Positions 25,492 through 34,682 of a DNA stretch of 35,442 nt are shown piece after piece (position 1 is the first letter of the stretch; each line of letters starts with the position of its first letter). Source of the DNA: Octopus bimaculoides (taxonomy: Eukaryota); contig NC_068995.1 of assembly GCF_001194135.2 (NCBI RefSeq), positions 45,893,952-45,929,393 of the forward strand. The letters run 5' to 3'. Both the position numbers and the translations under genes were made by a program. The notes beneath the pieces are model-generated. The model was not told the origin of the DNA and did no database searches. It worked only from the letters and a program-made list of their open reading frames with translations.

Positions 25492-25715
25492 AAAATCCAC
25501 AATTTCTTTAAAAGATTTGGTTTATCTAGCTCTATAGAAAATGAAGATGATGTTAATCTGAACCTTGTTGGGGGCATACACAGTTCGTATCATAAATCCA
25601 ACAATAATTTAAAATATATCAACCTTCATAGTGACCATCCTAAAGCGATTACAAGAACTTTGGTCAATAACATTTCGAGACGTGTTTCTAATTTATCCTC
25701 TAATGAGGAGCAATT
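25492..25715 (+). mobile_element. Penelope-like element (PLE) reverse-transcriptase fragment
   Basis: A stop-free frame missing from the ORF track reads KIHNFFKRFGLSSSIENEDDVNLNLVGGIHSSYHKSNNNLKYINLHSDHPKAITRTLVNNISRRVSNLSSNEEQF. This resembles the PLE RT motif-7/thumb region (F...GL.I.IE...DV.LNL.....PY.K.N....YIN..S.HP..I......IS.R.S.LSS.EE.F), recognised by eye. Confidence 0.75.
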
Positions 25716-25916
25716 TTGCTATTCAACTTCCAAAAAGGACATAAAGCAGCAGAAACTGCCTGCGATATTAACGAAACGCTTGCTGAGGAAATGACCAGTG
25801 AGTGGTCAGCTCGAAAATTGTTTAAACGATTTCGTAGTGGAGACCTGAGCCTTGAAGATCGTGAGCATTGTAGACGCTCATCTGTCATCGATGACGGTCA
25901 ATTAAAGAAATTATAA
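25707..25916 (+). mobile_element. Mariner transposase N-terminal (HTH) fragment
   Basis: AILLFNFQKGHKAAETACDINETLAEEMTSEWSARKLFKRFRSGDLSLEDREHCRRSSVIDDGQLKKL* is a typical mariner N-terminus (F.RFRSGD.SLED..R.GR). No TIRs seen. Confidence 0.85.
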
Positions 25917-25965
25917 ATATGCCATTATTATATATTATGAAGTATTCTGGGTAATAATGAATGAT

Positions 25966-26015
25966 AAAAGAGAAATTAGAATGCAAAAGTCGCTAATTAT
26001 TCTAATTTCTCTTTT
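25966..26015. repeat. Perfect 17-bp inverted repeat with 16-nt spacer
   Basis: AAAAGAGAAATTAGAAT-(16)-ATTCTAATTTCTCTTTT. Confidence 0.9.
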
Positions 26016-26142
26016 CTCACTCTCTTCTCTAATTTCTCACCGGCGGGTGAGTCCCTCATATATAGATACATATATGCACATAAATATGCATATATGTAAT
26101 ACATACACACATGTATATAGCCATAAATTATATATATGTATA

Positions 26143-26194
<52 letters not shown>

Positions 26195-26659
26195 CATAGA
26201 TAGATATACACACACACACACACATACACACACACGCATAAAGTGATGTGTGTCGCAATGGCCTCTACGCTTACGTGCCTAAGTTTGATCACTAATAAAT
26301 TAGGAAGATGGCGTTGAAATGATGATGATGGCGAAATGTCAGCCATTTTGTATTCGAATTTTCCTGATTGCGAGCCCTCTCTTCATCTCGTTCTACATTT
26401 CTTCTTTATTTCCATTCTCCCACACCCACAATCTTTTACTCTTACTTTCTCGCTCTCTTTCTCCTCCCTCTCTCTCTCTCTAATTTTCTCTTTTCGTTTC
26501 CTATATTACTCTTCATTGCTGTCACCCTCTCGCCAGAATTACAATTTAGCATTCCCAACCTCATTAAAACAACACACACACACACACACACACACAAATC
26601 ACACACACATCTCCATGCTACAGTTTATCTTACAACACAAATCATAGAGCATGCATAAC

Positions 26660-26860
26660 ACGTCACCTATCACATGATGCGTCACATGATACGTCACATG
26701 ATAGCGTGTCATAAAGACAATAACTGACAACCCGCCCACATGCTTATCATCCATCCATCTTTTCTAATGACGGATCGATTGAGAACCTCTCCTGCAGAGC
26801 CCTCTCATGGACTTTAGCCATTCCACTCACGTAATATTGGCTCCCATTGGCGCATGCGCA
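26660..26860. promoter_or_regulatory. Promoter-like motif cluster: 3x TCACATGA at 12-bp period, 2x ATTGG, GCGCATGCGC
   Basis: TCACATGAT at 26670, 26682 and 26694 (two preceded by CG, forming a CGTCA CRE half-site). ATTGG at 26836 and 26846. Perfect NRF1-type palindrome at 26850-26859. Motif match only. Confidence 0.45.
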
Positions 26861-26964
26861 CCTTGTTGTTAGTAAGAACCAGGGACGCTGGCGAAGGTAG
26901 GGTGGAGGCAGTTTAATACTCACCTCTATTCCCCTCCTACTTCTTGTTATTTCTCTATCAAACT

Positions 26965-27262
26965 GTAGTGGTTGTGGTTGTGGTAGTGGTGGTGGTAGTG
27001 GTAATTTCGAGGAAGAAGGGGTGTGTCAGCTGTAATAACGATGGTTGTGTTAGTGGCTGTGGTGATAGTGATAGTGGTGGTGGTGGTGGCGGTGGTGATG
27101 GTGGTGTTGGAAGACGTGGTGTGGTGATCACAGAGACGGTGGTGATGTTTGTGGAAACAGTGGTGTTGATGGCGTGGGGGTTGTGGTAGTGGTCACAGTA
27201 GTTGTGGTAATGACGATGGTGGTGGCGGTTGCATAGTTTGTAAAGGTGGTGTTGATGGTGTC
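26965..27262. repeat. Degenerate (GGT)n low-complexity tract (similar tract at about 34690-35290)
   Basis: Direct reading; poly-Val/Gly ORFs without a recognisable domain. Confidence 0.85.
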
Positions 27263-27392
27263 TCATACGTGATGTTAATAAGGTCGCTGTATTGTATCGT
27301 TGATGTGTTTCCTATTTGCTGTTGTGGTCTGGGAAGCCCAGTGAACGAAGGGGATACGGGTTCAAATCTGGGTGTCTCTATTTAAAGCATAC

Positions 27393-28083
27393 ATATATAC
27401 ATTCTCTTTCTCTCTCTACCTCTCACTTATTCATTTAATCTGTCTTTCTATTCCTCATTCTACTTGACGCGCGTACCCNNNNNNNNNNNNNNNNNNNNNN
27501 NNNNNNNNNNNNNNAACACACACAGAATTTAAAATTCTTCAAGGGGGTGCCCCAGCATGACCGCAGTCTAATGACTGAAACAAGTGAAAGATATGCATAT
27601 ACACAAAGGTTTTAGGTAAATCATTTGATATGGGTCCCACCGCGGGTCATTACGGGCTTCATGCATCCAATGTCTCCAGTGGTTCCGACTTTCAGTTCTT
27701 TATCAATTCACCCAGGGTTGTACAAACAGTCACGTCGGACTAAACGCCTTGCAGTGCATAGTCATATCACCTTACGTTCTGAGTTCAAACTCCGGCGGGG
27801 CTTACTTAGCTTTTTATCCCTCCGTGGTCAATAAAATAAAGCACAGTTCAAGTACTGGGGTTGATGGCATCAATTAATTCCTATTTCCGAATGGTCAGCC
27901 TAACACTTAGAGTCGTTAGGGCGTTGGACAAATGCCGGGGGTCGACTTCGTCTTTCATCCTTTCGGGGTTGATAAAACAGAGGACCAATCAAATATTGGG
28001 GTCGATGTAATTGACCAGGTTTTCCTTTCAAACTTCTGATCTTGTGACAAAATTAGAATGAATCGTCGTCGTCGTCGTCGTCG

Positions 28084-28133
<50 letters not shown>

Positions 28134-28140
28134 GTCATCA

Positions 28141-28172
<32 letters not shown>

Positions 28173-28395
28173 ATCGTCGTCATTGTCACCATCGTCATTA
28201 TTATTTTTATTATTATCCGGGTTCAGTCGCACGGCGTGGCACCTTGGGCAAGTGTCTTCTACTATAGCCTCGGGCCGACCAAAGCCTTGAGAGTGTGTGT
28301 TGGGAGAGAGGGTACGCGCGTCAAGCAGAATGAGGAATAGAAAGACAGATTAAATGAATAAGTGAGAGGTAGAGAGAGAAAGAGAATGTATATAT
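27393..28395. repeat. 86-bp inverted repeat pair (27393-27478 and 28310-28395), 85/86 identical
   Basis: Direct reverse-complement comparison shows a single mismatch (A27462 opposite C28326). AACACACAC after the small gap continues the match. Confidence 0.92.
27770..28017 (+). mobile_element. Two tandem family A SINE fragments
   Basis: TACGTTCTGAGTTCAAACTCCG.. and GTCGACTTCGTCTTTCATCCTTTCGGGGTTGATAAAA..GGGGTCGATGTAATTGAC match family A. Confidence 0.7.
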
Positions 28396-28620
28396 ATATG
28401 AATTTGTTATTTGTGTCTGTTTTTTGTCCCCCACCACCATCACTTGACAACCGATGTTGGTGTGTTTACGCCCCCGTTAGTTAGCGGTTCGGCAAAAAAA
28501 AAGCCGATGGAATAAGTACTAGGCTTACAAAGAATATGTCCTGGGGTCGATTCGTTCGACTAAAGCTGGTGCTCCAGCATGGCCGCAGTCAAATGACTGA
28601 AACAAGTAAACGAATAAAAG
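28218..28620 (+). mobile_element. SINE family B copy split by an unrelated approximately 110-bp insert
   Basis: Head/core 28218-28292 and body 28405-28620 both match other copies. The normal middle segment is replaced by a purine-rich repeat (28293-28400). The copy ends 100 bp before the Rx exon. Confidence 0.85.
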
Positions 28621-28720
28621 AATAAGAGAAAGGATTAATAATTATAATAGTTGGTCAATGTATTGTCATTAATGCTGTCGTGAACTTTCGTTGTTAATGT
28701 CCCTGTTGTTACTCGTACAG

Positions 28721-28941
28721 AGAACGAAGACCCTGGAAGGTTCCCAGACGGTCCAGCTGGCCCGACGTTTGACAGCGACACCTACAGCTTGGCCAAAAAG
28801 AAACACCGCCGTAGCCGCACCACCTTCACCACCTTTCAGCTTCACGAATTGGAGAGAGCGTTTGAAAAATCGCACTACCCGGATGTATACAGCCGAGAAG
28901 ATTTGGCAATGAAGCTTAGTCTGCCGGAAGTTCGTGTGCAG
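28721..28941 (+). CDS. Rx: Internal coding exon of a paired-class (PRD) homeobox gene, Rx/retinal homeobox type (linker plus homeodomain residues 1-46)
   Basis: Translates [73 protein letters not shown], matching the Rx signature [43 protein letters not shown]. Acceptor ...gtacAG at 28719-28720 (phase 1), with an in-frame TGA upstream at 28681. Donor CAG|GTAATA at 28941/28942 falls at the conserved PRD-class intron position between Q46 and V47. Confidence 0.9.
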
Positions 28942-29101
28942 GTAATATCTTCATCTGTTGTTATTGCTATTGTTATTGCTGTTGTTAGGAGCCATTGTTG
29001 TTGTCGTCGTCGTTGTTGTTGATGTAGGCGTTGTTGTTGTTGTTGTCAATGTCCAACCATTCCAGCTGTGACCATCCCGTCTTTTCTTTGGAGTGCTTTT
29101 T

Positions 29102-29172
29102 GATGATACGGTAGGAGTCGAGAGATATTTCGCTCCTATTTCTAACGGCCCAAGTGATCATGTAGAGGCTCC
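29102..29172. repeat. 71-bp dispersed repeat, copy 2, in the Rx intron
   Basis: Near-identical to 20939-21009. Confidence 0.85.
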
Positions 29173-29619
29173 TGTATTCACAGGAAAAGTTAATATTTAA
29201 ACTGAAATCATCCAGTGGCGCATATGTATATCTTTTTCCCTCTCTCACTCATATATAACACACACACACACACACACACATACACACGAACACTCGCGCA
29301 CACACATACACGCACGCATACTCGCGCACGCACACACACGCGCGTACACATTCGCACAAAGGTGGTTAAAGAATGGTTAAAGAATGAGGTCGGTATCATT
29401 TGATCTCAGGTCTACAAGATAGGGCTAACCAATAGCAACAATAGCAATAACAACCGCCACGCTTTGCCAGGAACTTGCGATCCTCTAATGGCAGACCTTC
29501 GGCTCCAAATCTCTCCTCTCCTCTTCTCCTGTTACCGTTTTCCTGATGTTGACCTTCATCTGCTGTCATTAATCTCACAACTGCGGAAAAAATATGTTAA
29601 GGACGTGGGCACTCCTCCT

Positions 29620-29761
29620 CTTCCTCCTCTTCCTCCTCTTCCTCGTCCTCCTCCTCCTCGTCGTCGTCGTCGTCCTCCTCGTCGTCCTCCTCGTCGTCGT
29701 CCTCCTCGTCGTCGTCCTCCTCGTCGTCGTCCTCCTCGTCGTCGTCCTCCTCGTCGTCGTC
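29620..29761. repeat. CpG-rich higher-order trinucleotide repeat, 15-bp unit CCTCCTCGTCGTCGT
   Basis: (CCT)n/(CTT) grades into repeated CCTCCTCGTCGTCGT units up to the gap. Confidence 0.85.
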
Positions 29762-30344
29762 NNNNNNNNNNNNNNNNNNNNNNNNNNNNNNNNNNNNNNN
29801 NNNNNNNNNNNNNNNNNNNNNNNNNNNNNNNNNNNNNNNNNNNNNNNNNNNNNNNNNNNNNNNNNNNNNNNNNNNNNNNNNNNNNNNNNNNNNNNNNNNN
29901 NNNNNNNNNNNNNNNNNNNNNNNNNNNNNNNNNNNNNNNNNNNNNNNNNNNNNNNNNNNNNNNNNNNNNNNNNNNNNNNNNNNNNNNNNNNNNNNNNNNN
30001 NNNNNNNNNNNNNNNNNNNNNNNNNNNNNNNNNNNNNNNNNNNNNNNNNNNNNNNNNNNNNNNNNNNNNNNNNNNNNNNNNNNNNNNNNNNNNNNNNNNN
30101 NNNNNNNNNNNNNNNNNNNNNNNNNNNNNNNNNNNNNNNNNNNNNNNNNNNNNNNNNNNNNNNNNNNNNNNNNNNNNNNNNNNNNNNNNNNNNNNNNNNN
30201 NNNNNNNNNNNNNNNNNNNNNNNNNNTTCGTATAATAGGAATTATAGATTCTCTTACAATTGCAGAAATTAGTGACTAAAACAAGAAGTTGGGGTGTTTA
30301 TGCGTGTCACATAAGGTTGTAATGTAGTGAGAGTCATCAAGACA

Positions 30345-30990
30345 TGGCGGAACCGGGTGAAAAGTGGCGAAAAGTGACGAAATGTGGTAAACGCGATGAA
30401 AAGAGGAAGGAAGGTGAAAGTGTGAAAAGGTGGACAAAAGTGACGAAAAGAGGCGGAGGAAGGTCAAGGTGTTGAAAGATGTCTGAAAATGAGAAAAAGG
30501 AGAGAAAAAATGGTAAAAGGATTGCGAAAATTGGTGAAGTGTGGCTGGTGGCGGCGAAGCGCAACGGAATGTGGAAGGTGAGTGAAGAAGTTGAAGTGTG
30601 GCGAGAAGTGACGAAAAGAAATGACAAAAGTGGTAAAAAGGTTGCAAAAAGAAGTGAAATAGTTAGCGAAAGTTATCGACGGATGGCGAAAAGTCACGAA
30701 ATGTGTTGAAATAGCGAAAGATGGAAGGAGGATAGAAATGTTAAAAGGTGGAGAAAAGTGATGAAAAAAAAAAAGCAAAAACGTGGTAAAAAAGGAGAAA
30801 AAGAAGGCGAAACAGGTAGCGAAAGTTATCGACGGATGGCGAAAAGTCACGAAGTGTGGCGAAATGAGGAAAAGTGGAAGGAATATAGCAGTGATAAGAG
30901 GTAGCGAAAATAAGCAAAAATGTGGTAAAAAGGTGGTAAAAAGGAAGCGAAATGTGAGTAATGGTGGCGAATGGTGGTGAAAATTAATGA
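30345..30990. repeat. Degenerate purine-rich approximately 10-bp minisatellite (consensus near GTGGCGAAAA)
   Basis: Recurrent AAAAGTGGCG/AAAAGTGACG/AAATGTGGTA units. An exact 37-bp internal duplicate lies at 30664-30700 and 30817-30853. Confidence 0.75.
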
Positions 30991-32689
30991 AAAGTTTGCG
31001 GAAGGTATTGGAATTTTTTAAGATTTAATTTTCAAGCAGTGCAGGTTCTAATTTTGAGCTAGTGAAGACTATAAAACACTTACCCCTGGGTAAGATCTGT
31101 TACCGATTGCCAGAATATTTGAACTCTGGAAGTTTTTGATAAACGAGGGAAAGGTAAAAAAAAAATATGATAAAAATAAAGAAATTAATAAAAGAACTCC
31201 TGAAATAAGATAAAGGAATAAAAAAAAGAGTAAAACTAAGGATGATAATAAAAAGAGTATTGAGGAAACAAAGTAAAAGTTATACATAAAAAAATGAAAA
31301 AAAAAAGAAAGAAAAATAATCGTTGACGACGACGTAACTGACGAACTATTGGGAATGTGATCTGACACGTGATAAATTGTTGTGAATAGAGTTTATTACT
31401 AACTGCAACCGTTATAACGAGAAGGAAGCGGATAATGGTCTGTTTGTTTAGATATTTCATGGCTGACAAACATCGTTGATATAAAAGAAAAAAGAAATCA
31501 AGTAACAAACAAAAACTAGAAAAAAAAAAACAACAATGTTACAAAAATAAGCGATTGGAAAATAAAGAAGCAAAAAAAAAAGGTAAAAATAAAAAAGAAA
31601 TAAAAGGAAGAATAAACGTGAGAAGAAAAGAAAACATCGTTGAGAAAATATCGGCGAAAGCCAAACATATAGAAGATGAGCACAATGATTGAATAATGAA
31701 ACAACGTCTAATCAGTTAGGCCTCGGTCTTAATTGGGCTTTCTAACCACCNNNNNNNNNNNNNNNNNNNNNNNNNNNNNNNNNNNNNNNNNNNNNNNNNN
31801 NNNNNNNNNNNNNNNNNNNNNNNNNNNNNNNNNNNNNNNNNNNNNNNNNNNNNNNNNNNNNNNNNNNNNNNNNNNNNNNNNNNNNNNNNNNNNNNNNNNN
31901 NNNNNNNNNNNNNNNNNNNNNNNNNNNNNNNNNNNNNNNNNNNNNNNNNNNNNNNNNNNNNNNNNNNNNNNNNNNNNNNNNNNNNNNNNNNNNNNNNNNN
32001 NNNNNNNNNNNNNNNNNNNNNNNNNNNNNNNNNNNNNNNNNNNNNNNNNNNNNNNNNNNNNNNNNNNNNNNNNNNNNNNNNNNNNNNNNNNNNNNNNNNN
32101 NNNNNNNNNNNNNNNNNNNNNNNNNNNNNNNNNNNNNNNNNNNNNNNNNNNNNNNNNNNNNNNNNNNNNNNNNNNNNNNNNNNNNNNNNNNNNNNNNNNN
32201 NNNNNNNNNNNNNNNNNNNNNNNNNNNNNNNNNNNNNNNNNNNNNNNNNNNNNNNNNNNNNNNNNNNNNNNNNNNNNNNNNNNNNNNNNNNNNNNNNNNN
32301 NNNNNNNNNNNNNNNNNNNNNNNNNNNNNNNNNNNNNNNNNNNNNNNNNNNNNNNNNNNNNNNNNNNNNNNNNNNNNNNNNNNNNNNNNNNNNNNNNNNN
32401 NNNNNNNNNNNNNNNNNNNNNNNNNNNNNNNNNNNNNNNNNNNNNNNNNNNNNNNNNNNNNNNNNNNNNNNNNNNNNNNNNNNNNNNNNNNNNNNNNNNN
32501 NNNNNNNNNNNNNNNNNNNNNNNNNNNNNNNNNNNNNNNNNNNNNNNNNNNNNNAAGCACTCGTAGACGGACAAAAAAACAACAAAAAAAAAACAAAACA
32601 AGCAGTCCTGAGTTGTTTGTTTAGAAGCTTATTTTCGCTCTCTAAAAATTTCTCGGTAACATGGAGAAACATTTGTTATGATAGTATTA

Positions 32690-32787
32690 AACGTTTACCC
32701 TTCGTTCAAAATTTGAATATTGTGCTTGAAAAATAAACTCGTAAACTAGGGGTCTCGTAAAGCTGGCCCTCGTAAAGTGAAGCATCA

Positions 32788-32792
<5 letters not shown>
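32690..32792. mobile_element. Probable end of a pogo/Tigger-like DNA transposon
   Basis: Three copies of CTCGTAAA (32738, 32754, 32769) are followed by ...CATCACTG|TA and a (TA)n run. On the minus strand this reads TACAGTGATGCTTCACTTTACGAG..., a CAGT terminus with TA target and subterminal repeats. The partner end is not seen and may lie in the gap 31751-32554. Confidence 0.42.
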
Positions 32793-32822
<30 letters not shown>

Positions 32823-32879
32823 TACACGCACATGCATTTGTATTCGTGTATGAATGTAAACCCCCCAAATCTCGACAAA

Positions 32880-33795
32880 TATTGGGTCATCACATGAACA
32901 ATGTGGTTCTTTCAATTGCATGAACGAAAAGTCGGGCAGGGATAGGTTAAACTACCTGCATCAACTTGCTATAAATGCTGGTAGTAAGTTTACCTTGACC
33001 TTATTCTTAGTGCAAGTTTTGAAGAGTGCAGTTCGATTTTAATTTTTTCAAAGCTATAATGGAAGTGACAAAGCATATTCGGCCTATTTTGCTTTATGAG
33101 TTCAATAAAAGTAGCAATGCAACGGAAAATGCGAGGAATATTAATGCAGTATATGGGGATCGGGGAATAAGCGTAAGCCAGTCTCAACGGTGGTTCTAGA
33201 AATTCTGAGCCGGAAACTACAGCCTAGAAGACAAGCTTCATCCTGGAAGACCTGTAGAACTCGACGAGGACGTCCTGCAAACTCTGGTGGAACAAAATAC
33301 CATCATAACAGTTGGGGAACTAGCAGAAAAGATTGGATTTGGTTGTTCAACCAGTCTTTCAAGTCAGCGCTAGAAGAAAAACGATCATCTTTAGTTTCAA
33401 GACGAAAGGTGTTCTTCCATCAGGATAATGCTCGGCCACATTAGACGACGATGACATTCCAAAGGCTGAAGCAGTTTGAAGGTGAGAAGATGCCCAGCCC
33501 ACCATATTCGCCAGACATTGCCCTATCTGATTATCATTTATTCTGCAGTCTTCAAAATCATTTGGACGGAAAAGCTATAAATTCTGTAGACGAGGTCAGA
33601 ACAGTACTAGAAGAGTATTTATCGTCACGGACGAATGAATTTAAGAAGAGAGGCTTTGCAAGTTTACCAGATGGATGGAAGAGCATTGTAGAAAATGAAG
33701 GGGAGTATATTCTTGATTAAAATAGAACTTTGCTTATCTTAATTTTGAAACGTAAAAGAAATATAAAATAACCGCATTATTTACGAGGTTTAATA
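32880..33795 (+). mobile_element. Decayed, internally deleted mariner (DD34D) transposon
   Basis: ATG 33059 starts MEVTKHIRPILLYEFNKSSNATENARNINAVYGDRGISVSQSQRWF*KF*AGNYSLEDK (HTH region). The C-terminus HQDNARPH*...PPYSPDIALSDYHLF...GWKSIVENEGEYILD* ends at 33720 with 34 residues between the two Asp. Degenerate TIRs TATTGGGTCATCACATGAACAATGTGG (32880) and ACCGCATTATTTACGAGGTTTAATA (to 33795). The middle (WVPHEL motif and first Asp) is deleted near 33350. Confidence 0.92.
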
Positions 33796-33824
33796 CTCAT
33801 GTCACTTTTGTTGCAAACATAGCA

Positions 33825-33882
<58 letters not shown>

Positions 33883-34537
33883 GCAACNNNNNNNNNNNNN
33901 NNNNNNNNNNNNNNNNNNNNNNNNNNNNNNNNNNNNNNNNNNNNNNNNNNNNNNNNNNNNNNNNNNNNNNNNNNNNNNNNNNNNNNNNNNNNNNNNNNNN
34001 NNNNNNNNNNNNNNNNNNNNNNNNNNNNNNNNNNNNNNNNNNNNNNNNNNNNNNNNNNNNNNNNNNNNNNNNNNNNNNNNNNNNNNNNNNNNNNNNNNNN
34101 NNNNNNNNNNNNNNNNNNNNNNNNNNNNNNNNNNNNNNNNNNNNNNNNNNNNNNNNNNNNNNNNNNNNNNNNNNNNNNNNNNNNNNNNNNNNNNNNNNNN
34201 NNNNNNNNNNNNNNNNNNNNNNNNNNNNNNNNNNNNNNNNNNNNNNNNNNNNNNNNNNNNNNNNNNNNNNNNNNNNNNNNNNNNNNNNNNNNNNNNNNNN
34301 NNNNNNNNNNNNNNNNNNNNNNNNNNNNNNNNNNNNNNNNNNNNNNNNNNNNNNNNNNNNNNNNNNNNNNNNNNNNNNNNNNNNNNNNNNNNNNNNNNNN
34401 NNNNNNNNNNNNNNNNNNNNNNNNNNNNNNNNNNNNNNNNNNNNNNNNNNNNNNNNNNNNNNNNNNNNNNNNNNNNNNNNNNNNNNNNNNNNNNNNNNNN
34501 NNNNNNNNNNNNNNNNNNNNNNNNNNNNNNNNNNNNN

Positions 34538-34604
34538 CACATACGCCATAGAAACCGGGAAACCGGTCCCATGAGCCTGGCTAGGCTTTGAAAGGGCTTA
34601 AAAA
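34538..34604 (+). mobile_element. 3' end of a second family C SINE (5' part lost in gap)
   Basis: CATAGAAACCGGGAAACCGG..ATGAGCCTGGCTAGGCTTTGAAAGGGC matches 5986-6036. Confidence 0.8.
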
Positions 34605-34622
34605 TTTTATTATTATTGTTAT

Positions 34623-34682
<60 letters not shown>

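Noticed and set aside
26944-27266. Gly/Val-rich (+) and His/Thr/Pro-rich (-) ORFs beside the promoter-like cluster
   Set aside because: They are translations of a degenerate (GGT)n tract, and the frames are interrupted by stops.
28068-28195. (CGT)/(CAT) array as CRISPR-like or poly-His coding repeat
   Set aside because: A plain trinucleotide microsatellite with no unique spacers; no prokaryotic features anywhere in the window.
29464-29761. PPRRR-repeat ORF as a protamine-like protein
   Set aside because: It is a product of a 15-bp higher-order microsatellite running into a gap inside the Rx intron, with a non-ATG start.
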